The position numbers and the translations under genes were made by a program. The notes under the pieces are model-generated. The model searched no databases. It was not told where the DNA came from and saw only the letters and a list, made by a program, of their open reading frames with translations. A DNA stretch of 64,000 bases, taken from IMG/VR virus record IMGVR_UViG_3300049979_000188; one strand, given 5' to 3'. The DNA comes from a virus. Positions 19,027 through 27,582 of the stretch are shown piece by piece. Numbering within the stretch: position 1 is the stretch's first letter; each line of letters opens with the position of its first letter.

Positions 19027-20967
19027 ATGCCCTCTATTAACAGTCTTATCGTCAAGTTTGGGGTACTGATGAATCAGTACTCGCTTACCTCCTACCGGCC
19101 CAAAGTTGCCCGTGAAACCACGACCTGGAAAGACGGCACCTTACTGGTCACCACGCGCCTGAATGACGCCTTAGGTACGCTCGTGCCTGACCCACGCACG
19201 CAAGGCCCCATTGGCAGTGTGCTTTATACCACGGCCTACGCGGACGAGGAAATTATCTACTACGAACAAGTTTTCCCACGGGAAGAGCTGGATGTTCGTG
19301 ACTTTGGGCTGAGTGGTAAAACACCCGATTGCAGTCCACTCTGGGAAGCACTCAGCAATTACTTCCCCCCAAGCTTACCCCAGTGTTTTCTTTTCCAGCC
19401 AGGGACTACGTATACCTTCAAAACGGGTCTCAAGGTTGATTCGCGGGGGCATCGTCTCTTCGCGCCCAACCCCAAGCGCCCGGCCGTAGTTAGCGTACCA
19501 GGGGGCATAACGTCGCTTGAGAGCTACGGTCCGAACGGGACAACTGGTTTGCAGATTGAGAATTTTAGGTTCGGAGCCTCCAGCCAGGTCAAAGATGGTG
19601 CGGCTGACCAGGATGGCAATGTGTACCCGAGCACGGACATTCGCAGCGATGACCCTTATGCCTGTCTCTACCACGGAGCTCTTATCAGCAACGTGGTTCA
19701 GTTTAAGAACGTGGAATTCGGTGGCTTTAGCGGCAACGGTCTTAAGGCCATCGCCTACATCGACCCCAATAGCACGTATACGGCAAACACGTCGCTAAGC
19801 ACCTTTATTGGGCTGAAAATTACGGGTTGCGGTGGCGATGGTATTCTTATCAACGGCGCCGATGCCAACCACATGCTCTTCATGGACCTTGACATCCGTG
19901 ACAACGTAGGCTTTGGGTATACGGACGACAGCTTACTGGGCAACCACGTCATGTTTGCCCACTTCAACAACAACAAGCGGGGCACTTTCCGGGTGCGTGG
20001 GCCAGGCAACTCGGCCTTGTTGAACATGATTTACACCGAGGAGATTCAGGACTACCTGACCTTGCCTTCCACCAATAAGGAAAAGGGGTATGGCGGCTAT
20101 CTTTACGGCAATGCGAAGTTGAGCGGCGGGACAGTTTCGCCCGAAGGGTCGGGCATGCCTGGTAGCAAGGTTTTCTGCTACAACCAGGCTGAGGCCTGCG
20201 TCGGCAGCTTTAGCTCAGGCATAAGCTTTGGGACGGTAAGCATCGGCAAGGGTGGGCTTTACTTCAACGGTGGACTCACCTTCACCCCCGTCAACGAAGC
20301 TGAAGGCTATCGCTACCACCAGGGTAGCAGCTTTACGGGCAACATTGCCGAGTACCTGACCCGCAACCTGAGTTTAGCACAGACAGGCCGGCCAGCTCAG
20401 AGTGATGCCGTCAACTTGGTCACGCCCTTCATCAACGGGAATCGACACCTGTTGGTGCGTGTCTATGAAGAACTGACTACGTATAAAAACCAGTCGGGGG
20501 ACAACTTCACGTTCTTTGCCGGTGACCGCATAACCGAGCACTACCCCAATGCCTGGCGCCCACTTGCCCTGCTCTGCGTCGGCGGTGGGCAGTACCGCGA
20601 TGACTATACCACCTCAATGACGCTCACGCCGACTGCACGCATCGACGGCAACTATGAACACGTGTTCTCAGGTACCGACCCGATACCTGCCATTGGCTCC
20701 TTCATCACCGTTGCCGGAATTGGCCCGTTCCAGGTAGCAGGCCGCGGCCTCGACCCCCGGGCCATTACCTTAGCACCCAGCTCGCTGCCCATCACGGGGG
20801 GAAGTCACGCGGTGGGATACGCTAAACCTACTTTCCGCCCGGAAGGCGCCGGCTCGGGCTCCACGGAGCAGCGACCGGACCTAACCGGTTACGGCGGGCC
20901 CTGGCAGTACTGGAACACAAGTACCAATACGCTGCAGACCTGGACCGGTACTAACTGGATAGGCTAA
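19027..20967 (+). CDS. pectate-lyase-like beta-helix tailspike/depolymerase
   Basis: DVRDFG..., repeated 'I..C.GDGI.I.G' beta-helix coils; C-terminal YWNTST..LQTWTGTNW. Confidence 0.8.
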   Translation: MPSINSLIVKFGVLMNQYSLTSYRPKVARETTTWKDGTLLVTTRLNDALGTLVPDPRTQGPIGSVLYTTAYADEEIIYYEQVFPREELDVRDFGLSGKTPDCSPLWEALSNYFPPSLPQCFLFQPGTTYTFKTGLKVDSRGHRLFAPNPKRPAVVSVPGGITSLESYGPNGTTGLQIENFRFGASSQVKDGAADQDGNVYPSTDIRSDDPYACLYHGALISNVVQFKNVEFGGFSGNGLKAIAYIDPNSTYTANTSLSTFIGLKITGCGGDGILINGADANHMLFMDLDIRDNVGFGYTDDSLLGNHVMFAHFNNNKRGTFRVRGPGNSALLNMIYTEEIQDYLTLPSTNKEKGYGGYLYGNAKLSGGTVSPEGSGMPGSKVFCYNQAEACVGSFSSGISFGTVSIGKGGLYFNGGLTFTPVNEAEGYRYHQGSSFTGNIAEYLTRNLSLAQTGRPAQSDAVNLVTPFINGNRHLLVRVYEELTTYKNQSGDNFTFFAGDRITEHYPNAWRPLALLCVGGGQYRDDYTTSMTLTPTARIDGNYEHVFSGTDPIPAIGSFITVAGIGPFQVAGRGLDPRAITLAPSSLPITGGSHAVGYAKPTFRPEGAGSGSTEQRPDLTGYGGPWQYWNTSTNTLQTWTGTNWIG

Positions 20968-21010
20968 AAAAAAAAGCGGTACGTCCTGGGTGGACGTACC
21001 GCTTTTTTTT
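20966..21010. terminator. bidirectional intrinsic terminator
   Basis: A-tract, GCGGTACGTCC/GGACGTACCGC 11-bp stem, T8; lies between convergent units. Confidence 0.9.
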
Positions 21011-21019
21011 CTGCATGCT

Positions 21020-21660
21020 ATTCCGGTCACAGGAACCCGGCGCGTGAGCGGGCGGAATGCACGGCCGGGTCGAAAGCCGGTAGTTAGTTAAGCCAAGCGC
21101 TAAAGTACGTTTCACTGGAGGCTTCGCTGAACTCGAAGCTTTCTACCTGACGGGCAAACCGCCGGGTCACAGCTACACCGACCAGTGTCCGTTCCCCCCG
21201 CCCTGGTCGGTACAACTGGGGGTGCACGGGATTTCAAAGGGGTCTCTCGCTCCCCTATCCAGCAATCAAACCAGCGACTACACCCCCTTATGGGATAAAC
21301 GTACGCTACAGTCCGACTGGTCGAGCTGCGCTTTTTTCGCCGCGTAGCCTGCTAAAAGCCACCCCTACGGGCAGTCACATAGGCGTCCTTGACGCTAACC
21401 CGGTCAAGGAGTAACCGATTTCCCACCTCGGTTGGGGACGGTTTGGATTGCCTGTTACCAGCCTCGGGTCGTCGTACCCCATGCACTTGCTGTCACCAGC
21501 GTTCATCGACTGCGCGTTCCAAGCAACAGGCCGACTTCGGTAGATATGTCACGCAGCCACCTCACCCATGCGCGGAGATGGTTCCCGATTTAAGCTGACC
21601 TGTGTACGGAGACCAGCTGCGTGTCTTGCCCTGTCCGTTCACCCAGCGGTAGTGGACGAC
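21020..21660 (-). ncRNA. large structured ncRNA candidate, ROOL/GOLLD class
   Basis: ~640-nt gap with no convincing ORF; closing helix GGTCA..GGGAACC / GGTTCCT.TGACC ~550 nt apart; many internal stems with G.U pairs. Confidence 0.7.
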
Positions 21661-21666
21661 GGGGGA

Positions 21667-22005
21667 CTAGCTCCAATCACGGGGTATCAAGTTCTTGGCC
21701 CAGTGATTTACTTCGTTCATGTCGGCTGCTTTACTAAAATGCACATAGCCTTCGTCTCGAATGACTTCTACCGAGCCACAGGTCAAACAAGCTTTGCCCT
21801 CCATGTAAAAGCCGCTACCGTAGTCCGAGTAGATGTCAACTTCTTCTTCATTACCACAATCACAGCTAAGCGGGTAGTGCTGGCGCCAATTGGCGTTGAC
21901 TTCCTCTATCGTTTCGTAGTGATGCGAGATAACATAGTCATCTCCGGTCTCACAATAGCGAATATGACCGTCAGGGAATTGAATGGCGCCAAGTGCGTGT
22001 GACAT
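21667..22005 (-). CDS. hypothetical Cys-rich protein
   Basis: CDCG and CLTCG; downstream of a promoter motif. Confidence 0.65.
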   Translation of the reverse strand: MSHALGAIQFPDGHIRYCETGDDYVISHHYETIEEVNANWRQHYPLSCDCGNEEEVDIYSDYGSGFYMEGKACLTCGSVEVIRDEGYVHFSKAADMNEVNHWAKNLIPRDWS

Positions 22006-22031
22006 GTAGGAAGCTGCTCGTAGTGTAGCAA

Positions 22032-22060
22032 GTATACGTACGAGCAGCTTCCTGCGTTAC
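22032..22060 (-). promoter_or_regulatory. phage ECF-like promoter motif copy
   Basis: GTAACG-N16-CGTATAC. Confidence 0.75.
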
Positions 22061-22065
22061 CACAC

Positions 22066-22938
22066 CTAGTCCAGAATAAGCCAATCGGTGGCCAGCCAGT
22101 CTGCCTGGTAGGGTTGCGCCGCTTCCATAGTCCCGTTTTTGAGCACGGCCACCACAAAATTTACCCCCATGGCAATGCCCGAAACCGGTAGGTTATCTAC
22201 GGCAAGCACCTCGCTTACTGTGGGAACGAAGACGGCGCTGTCAGTAAGCAGCCAGTAGCCATCCCAGTGCAGACGTGCAATGCGCTTGCCTCGTTTGAGG
22301 GCCTCGATGGCCGCCCCGAAGGAATATAAGCGCTGGTCAGGCCGCCAGTTAATACTCTCCCGGCGCTCTAAGTCAGCGGGTTCTGCAGCTGGCGCTGGTT
22401 GGCGTTCCGGAGCAAAAGGCAAGTCAAAGGCCGCATCACTGCCGTAGGAGGTTCCGTCGTCGTACCAGCGGCGCGTGCGGTAGGCATTCGCGCGCCACAC
22501 GTCCCCGATAATACCGGCCCAGCTTCCGTCCGGGTACACGGCGTAGCTTAACTCATGGGCCTTGAGCTTATGCCCGCCCTTGGTGCGCTCAACTTTGCCC
22601 AGGTCGTGTTTGAGGCGACTCTTACGGTAGACCTGGTACTCGGCCTCCCCGCCCTTGATAAAGTACTTCCCAAAGTCCCCTTCCGAGAAGAAATGACTGC
22701 TGGCCCCGGACCCATCCGGGTTACGTCGCACCACCGAATAGGCAATGCGTCCGTCACCCTGGGGGGTCACGTAAGCTTCGCACGCATCGCCTACGAAGAA
22801 CCTGTTCCAATCGTTAGAGGCAACTTCGTCACACTCGCCCATGAAATGGCTGGGATGGGGTTCGCGCACGCACATGCAGTTGAGGAGTACGCTCTGGGTT
22901 GGCACATCTTGGGTGTGCTTGAGGTCTGAGTTTTCCAC
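22066..22938 (-). CDS. multidomain protein with a C-terminal DUF2829/Tad2-like domain
   Basis: SFGAAIEALKRGKRIARLHW ... PYQADWLATDW. Confidence 0.75.
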   Translation of the reverse strand: MENSDLKHTQDVPTQSVLLNCMCVREPHPSHFMGECDEVASNDWNRFFVGDACEAYVTPQGDGRIAYSVVRRNPDGSGASSHFFSEGDFGKYFIKGGEAEYQVYRKSRLKHDLGKVERTKGGHKLKAHELSYAVYPDGSWAGIIGDVWRANAYRTRRWYDDGTSYGSDAAFDLPFAPERQPAPAAEPADLERRESINWRPDQRLYSFGAAIEALKRGKRIARLHWDGYWLLTDSAVFVPTVSEVLAVDNLPVSGIAMGVNFVVAVLKNGTMEAAQPYQADWLATDWLILD

Positions 22939-22952
22939 GGTAGAAAGACTAA

Positions 22953-23153
22953 TTAAATGGGTTCAAAACGGATGGTGAGCTCTTTCTCTGGGTAGCAGGC
23001 CAGCGGCAGGTACTCAGCCAAGGCCTGCAAGACTGCCTGGCGCAGGCCCTGCGGAGTCGGGGCTTCTACGGCGATAAGCTTGTCGGAAGTCGTGGCCTTA
23101 AAGCCCTTGACCGTACGCTCCATGTGGAACGTGATGTGATGGCTGCGCGTCAT
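22953..23153 (-). CDS. small hypothetical protein (weak HicB-like fold)
   Basis: start MTRSHH; beta-beta-beta-alpha pattern only. Confidence 0.45.
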   Translation of the reverse strand: MTRSHHITFHMERTVKGFKATTSDKLIAVEAPTPQGLRQAVLQALAEYLPLACYPEKELTIRFEPI

Positions 23154-23296
23154 AAGTAAAGCTAGTTCACCAGCAGGAATCCCCGCGACGTTGGTCACCG
23201 AGGGTTCCGTAACGCACTCGACACCTGGTCGATGCGCTGAAGTGATTGGTCTTACAAATATACGGGTAAACTTGGTTTGGACAACTACGTAAAGAA

Positions 23297-23328
23297 AAAA
23301 CCTCAACCAAAAAATTGGTTGAGGTTTT
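23297..23328 (-). terminator. intrinsic terminator
   Basis: AAAACCTCAACCAA/TTGGTTGAGGTTTT stem with U-tract, just 3' of the tRNA-like RNA. Confidence 0.75.
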
Positions 23329-23338
23329 AACAAAGAAG

Positions 23339-23451
23339 GCCGGGTGCCGGGAGTCGAACCCGGACGTCAGGTTGCAACCCTGACCGGAGCGCGTTTGCGA
23401 GGTAAGCCTCCGGCGTCTGCATCACTGCGCACCAATTTCGCCACACCCGGC
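23339..23451 (-). ncRNA. tRNA-core RNA: Leu/Ser-type scaffold, hairpin inserted in D-loop, 18-nt anticodon loop
   Basis: GCCGGGTG/CACCCGGC acceptor, TTGG D-loop, CCGGAG/CTCCGG stem, long variable arm GTCAGG/CCTGAC, CCGGG-TTCGACT-CCCGG. Confidence 0.75.
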
Positions 23452-23458
23452 TTTTTCG

Positions 23459-23770
23459 TTACCCTGGCGCAGGCGCTTCGGGTAGGGGTGTGATAATAAC
23501 TTGTCCCGTTAGCAGGATACGCCTGCCGCTATCCAGGTCAAAAAACGTATAGTGGACATTATCGGGCGCGAGGGTGACTTCGCCCTGGGCGAGGTAGGTC
23601 CGAAAGACCAGGCCATTCTGGATGAGCTCGACGCACGTACGCTTGCGTGCATTACGTGCCCGCTCCCGGGCATCGAGCTGTATTACCACAAAGGCCGAGA
23701 CGAGCAGCGCGCCCATTGTGGTAGCGAAATAGATGGCGTCGTAAAAGAGCGAATCAGGTTGGTAGCCCAT
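23459..23770 (-). CDS. small membrane-anchored protein
   Basis: N-terminal hydrophobic helix. Confidence 0.6.
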   Translation of the reverse strand: MGYQPDSLFYDAIYFATTMGALLVSAFVVIQLDARERARNARKRTCVELIQNGLVFRTYLAQGEVTLAPDNVHYTFFDLDSGRRILLTGQVIITPLPEAPAPG

Positions 23771-23771
23771 T

Positions 23772-24431
23772 TTAACTGGGTGAAAACTGGTAGTCCGGAT
23801 GGAAGTTCAACCGAATCAGGGTCCGCTCCACGGGACCCGCGATAGGCAGACTCTCGTGAATGCCGAGTGAATTGAGAAAGTAGACTTCGTTGGCCGGCAT
23901 CACGTGCGTGGCCAGGTGGTCGGTGCTGATTGCCGCGCAGCAGCCCCCGGGTCCGAACTCGCCGTCGTATTCCCCCTCGTAAACCTGGCAGCCGGCCACA
24001 TTGGAGACCAGCAGCATACCACCAGGCTCCAGTCCCGGCTTCCAGTAACCACCGGTCTGCGCCCAGTTGCGCGGCATACGATGCTGGCCGGCCGGTGCCG
24101 GGCGATGTGAGCCACCGGGAGTGGGACAGGGTGTGGCGATATGCGAGCCCTGGGCCACGTGCATGCCCGGGGTTTCGTACCAGTTGTAATCCACATGCTT
24201 GCCCCCGCGCCGGTGGGTCGTGTTAATGATACGCTTCTCGTCGATGGTGACGTAGCCCACAGCGTTGCGGGCACTGACCTGCGTGAGCATCTGCTCCAGT
24301 ACGGGTACGTAATCAGCAAAGCCTTCGGGCAGCTGCAGCGTGTCGAGCCCCACGCGGTGCATGTAGAGACTACGCTGCGCAAAGGCTGGCATGGCGCGGA
24401 TTTGACCGACGGGCTGGGCGACACTAAGCAT
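23772..24431 (-). CDS. phage 2OG-Fe(II)-oxygenase-like (DSBH) protein
   Basis: THRRGGKHVD (HxD), GGML.VSN, IHESLP....RTLIRL. Confidence 0.6.
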   Translation of the reverse strand: MLSVAQPVGQIRAMPAFAQRSLYMHRVGLDTLQLPEGFADYVPVLEQMLTQVSARNAVGYVTIDEKRIINTTHRRGGKHVDYNWYETPGMHVAQGSHIATPCPTPGGSHRPAPAGQHRMPRNWAQTGGYWKPGLEPGGMLLVSNVAGCQVYEGEYDGEFGPGGCCAAISTDHLATHVMPANEVYFLNSLGIHESLPIAGPVERTLIRLNFHPDYQFSPS

Positions 24432-24455
24432 ACAAAAAAGGGCTGATTTTAGCTA

Positions 24456-24484
24456 GTTTACGGGTATACGCAGTACTGCGTTAC
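24456..24484 (-). promoter_or_regulatory. phage ECF-like promoter motif copy
   Basis: GTAACG-N16-CGTAAAC. Confidence 0.75.
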
Positions 24485-24492
24485 GCCCTGAG

Positions 24493-25020
24493 TTAGTAAG
24501 CCCAGTTATGGGTAACAATAGCAGGGATACCTAACTTAGCAAGTAACAAATCCAGGGTTTCCTTGTCGAGCCGGCCGTACTGAGTCAGCTCTTCTCCGTC
24601 CACAATAAGGTCCGTGCCCGTGGTATAACAGCACCCATCGCCGCAAGTGTGGTCCCATTCACGAATGGTAATACGATGAGGCTTTTTCGAATCCACAAGG
24701 GGATACGGCTTTTGGGTTTGAATTTTACCGGGGCCGAGCCAATAAATAATTGGCAGACTACCCGTCTCGTAATCGAGAGTGTCTGCTATGGTTAGCAGTA
24801 GACTCTCATCAGCAAAAGCAGCCTCGAATTGGGCAACGGTGTCGTAGACGAAGTTGTCCCAACTTTGAGTGCCCACATACAGCTGCTCAGCTGTATCAAC
24901 TGCTTCCACAATATGGGTTTTGGTCGACTGGTCGTAGGTATACTTGAATTGCAGCTTGGGGTGCTCAACTAGTTGAGCATCAAGTAAGGCAATGAGGTAC
25001 TTCTCAGCTTCCTCGTTCAT
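24493..25020 (-). CDS. hypothetical protein
   Basis: 175-aa ORF. Confidence 0.65.
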   Translation of the reverse strand: MNEEAEKYLIALLDAQLVEHPKLQFKYTYDQSTKTHIVEAVDTAEQLYVGTQSWDNFVYDTVAQFEAAFADESLLLTIADTLDYETGSLPIIYWLGPGKIQTQKPYPLVDSKKPHRITIREWDHTCGDGCCYTTGTDLIVDGEELTQYGRLDKETLDLLLAKLGIPAIVTHNWAY

Positions 25021-25037
25021 AGTAGGTAAAAAGTATG

Positions 25038-25110
25038 TCGGGGTACTCGGGCTCGAACCGAGGACCTCTCCCTCATGAGGGGAGCGCTCTACCAGCTGAG
25101 CTAAGGAGGC
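25038..25110 (-). pseudogene. chimeric tRNA-Met(CAT)-like gene with an unpairable acceptor stem
   Basis: perfect D, anticodon (CT CAT GA) and T arms, but 5' GCCTCCT versus 3' TACCCCG gives 0/7 pairs. Confidence 0.7.
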
Positions 25111-25116
25111 AAAATT

Positions 25117-25335
25117 TTACTTACCGTAGATGGTTGTCTTGCGGCCGTCTACCCAGTACGTGGTGCTTACGCTGTCCTGCTGGGTACTGTCCGCTTCAAT
25201 CGGGTAGTTGAGGCCTTGCTGATAAAGGGTTACGGCTCGACGCTTGCCAAAACGGGTCCCACTACCCAATGAGAAAAAATAAAGCACCAGCAGGGTTAGA
25301 ATCAGTGCTAACAATAGGGTACGTTTGTTTTCCAT
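25117..25335 (-). CDS. small membrane-anchored protein
   Basis: MENKRTLLLALILTLLVLYFF. Confidence 0.55.
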   Translation of the reverse strand: MENKRTLLLALILTLLVLYFFSLGSGTRFGKRRAVTLYQQGLNYPIEADSTQQDSVSTTYWVDGRKTTIYGK

Positions 25336-25513
25336 TGAGAAAGAATAAATAACTTGAAAGTCAGCGTAGCGGTCTTCCATGGTTGAACCTGGGAAGAGAT
25401 TCTGCCGCCTGGCTCTACCGCTGAGCATCCCGTGCAACCGTACAACTGGTCAGGCAGGCGAGGGGTAACCTCCCGCCGACGTACGACTTGGCGGGGTTTT
25501 CCATTCAAGTTTT

Positions 25514-25846
25514 CTACTTAATCCACTCCGCCAGACCTGCTTCCATCGCTTCAGCGATGGTGTGCGTGGGATTAGCCTGCAAATCCTTCATAGCCCAAAG
25601 CAATACTTCTGCCTCCAGCTTAAAGGCGCGGGCCTCCGTAAGGCCATTGTCAATGGCGGCAAGCTCTTGCTCAACCGGCACCTGATTCGAGGAGGGGTTT
25701 GCCGCACAAAAAGCTTCGTGGGTGAGGTTGCGCCCCGTCTCAGGGTCGAAGCCGGTGCCCCAAAAATCAGGTGCGCCGGGCAGCGCTGAGTTAAAAAGTG
25801 TTTTGGAATCACCTGAGCTCAGGTGGTCGTTGCGGTAAGTTTCCAT
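25514..25846 (-). CDS. hypothetical protein
   Basis: 110-aa ORF between RNA genes. Confidence 0.6.
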   Translation of the reverse strand: METYRNDHLSSGDSKTLFNSALPGAPDFWGTGFDPETGRNLTHEAFCAANPSSNQVPVEQELAAIDNGLTEARAFKLEAEVLLWAMKDLQANPTHTIAEAMEAGLAEWIK

Positions 25847-25860
25847 GATGAAAAATAAGG

Positions 25861-25962
25861 TGGCGCAGACAAGTGGACTCGAACCACCGACCTCCTACCG
25901 TACCGTTGAAGAATTGAACTCCGGGGCCAATGCAGGCGCTCTACCGACTGAGCTACGTCTAC
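25861..25962 (-). ncRNA. tRNA-core RNA with a 33-nt anticodon loop and encoded CCA
   Basis: GTAGACG/TGTCTGC, GCTC/GAGC D-stem, CCTGC/GTAGG, GGTGG-TTCGAGT-CCACT, G-CCA. Confidence 0.8.
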
Positions 25963-26166
25963 TTACGTGCGGCTTACGTTTACCGCGAGAACACTTCCAC
26001 AGTTCCCCGACCTATCCGTTGAGGCGTTTGCATCCCTTGCCCAAGCAACCCAGGCCTTGGCTACTTGCACTTCGTGTGTATTGCACGCCCTCACCTAGCA
26101 CATTTTTCGGAAAAACAAGCGGCACGTGACCTCCGCCCCCCTCAGTTAGAACTGGATAAACTGATG

Positions 26167-26239
26167 CACACGAGATAGGGTTCGAACCTATGACCTGCGG
26201 TTTTGGAGACCGCCGCTCTACCAGCTGAGCTACCCGTGT
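26167..26239 (-). tRNA. trnW: tRNA-Trp(CCA)
   Basis: full cloverleaf, loop CT CCA AA, G73. Confidence 0.93.
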
Positions 26240-26694
26240 AAATGTACTGGTGGACTTATCAAGGGTTCGTCCATGAGCCAGCCAGTACCCCGTAAAACTT
26301 GTCATCCTCCACGGTGAGGGTATTTCTTCGCACTAGTCAGGCTGTTCTTCCCCGTTTAGAAGGTCAATCGCGCATCACTGCGGGACGGCCTTCCGTTGGC
26401 CTCGAACCAACTGAATTTACTGGCGCCTTACTCAGGCTACCTACCTGTTCTCTGCCTTAGGTTACCCCAACCCTTGTCGTGAGTTGCCCGGGTGGGTGAC
26501 CCGTACCCGTGCTCGAAGGAGTCACAAACATACGGGCGCCAGCCAAGACGCAACTCAGTGTCCAAGTGCTAAGATAGCTTACCAGCCCTCTCGGCGGTAG
26601 CGTAAAGGTAGTCGGGCGTGAACTGCGAGGCGCAAGGCCAGCAAATCCAGTTCACGTAACTACCTGGTAGGGTTTGCCTACCGTAAAGTTGTAC

Positions 26695-26952
26695 TTACCT
26701 ATCAGCGAGACTATGCTTGGTAAGGGCTAGAAAGTTACCTAGCTCCTCGAAAAACTCCTCGCCGGCCAAGGCAAGTTGAGCCGTAGCATCCCCCATGGTA
26801 GCTCCTCGGGCATGAAGCAAGCGCACGGGAGTCTCTCCCACCAGTGTCAGAATAGCCACAAAGGGCTGCTCAACTGAGTCGTTCATGTTATAGCAAGTAA
26901 CACTGAAGGGGGAGACAGCAGGGGCCGTCAACGTAGGAAGCGGGAGTGTCAT
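26695..26952 (-). CDS. small hypothetical protein (weak HicB-like)
   Basis: ARGATMGDATAQL resembles the HicB 'GxTxEEA' helix. Confidence 0.5.
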   Translation of the reverse strand: MTLPLPTLTAPAVSPFSVTCYNMNDSVEQPFVAILTLVGETPVRLLHARGATMGDATAQLALAGEEFFEELGNFLALTKHSLADR

Positions 26953-26968
26953 AAAGGAAAAGTAAGTG

Positions 26969-27054
26969 TACGGATGAAGGGAATCGAACCCTCAAGCCCG
27001 GTCAAGGGCCAACACAGTTTAAGTATGTCGTGTATCCCATTCCACCACACCCGC
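26969..27054 (-). tRNA. trnL: tRNA-Leu(TAA)
   Basis: type II cloverleaf, loop CT TAA AC, A73. Confidence 0.9.
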
Positions 27055-27058
27055 ATAG

Positions 27059-27217
27059 AGACAGTAGCTGGAGTCGAACCAGCGGCAAGTACCCAGGGGA
27101 CAGGTTTTATTTACTCCTCTTGTTGCCCGGCTTGCGGCCCGGCTCAAAGGTCCCCCTAAGCTGGATACCAGGTGCATCCTGACCCTCCCGCGGACTAGTC
27201 TGGGGTGTCATACTGCC
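27059..27217 (-). ncRNA. tRNA-like RNA: acceptor stem and T-arm with a ~110-nt branched body
   Basis: GGCAGTA/TACTGTC, GCTGG-TTCGACT-CCAGC, internal GTATCC/GGGTAC and AGGGGGAC/GTCCCCT helices. Confidence 0.7.
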
Positions 27218-27237
27218 AGGTTAAGCGCGTGCCCGCG

Positions 27238-27582
27238 CTAGTTCTTTGTCGCGACGAGTTGCTCGGCTAGCAGCTCCGCAACTTGTCGCAATGTATTGAG
27301 TGGCACAAAATTGTAGTCAAGCACGTTTCGCAATGCCCGGGCCAGTTTAACACGGTCCCACTCATCGAGTATTTCTTGCTCTGTAAGGTGAAGGCGAAAA
27401 TGACCGTGCTCCGTTTTCATTGTGGTTAGCAAGTAGCGCTCGCCCGGCTGTTCTACCAGGGTAAAGTACTTAGTGCCCACCGTTGCAACGGTAAACTCGT
27501 CGATTTCCCGCTCCTTAACTGGCCCGCGACTACGAAGTGCCTCGCGGTAGAGGGTCTGACCCTTTACAAGTTTTGCTGCCAT
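27238..27582 (-). CDS. hypothetical phage protein
   Basis: 114-aa ORF with a TVATVGTKYF beta motif. Confidence 0.65.
   Translation of the reverse strand: MAAKLVKGQTLYREALRSRGPVKEREIDEFTVATVGTKYFTLVEQPGERYLLTTMKTEHGHFRLHLTEQEILDEWDRVKLARALRNVLDYNFVPLNTLRQVAELLAEQLVATKN

Noticed and set aside
25345-25510. Additional tRNA gene
   Set aside because: Only a D-arm (GCTC-AGCGGTA-GAGC) and a distorted T-arm are present, with no consistent acceptor or anticodon arm; left as a degenerate or structured remnant.
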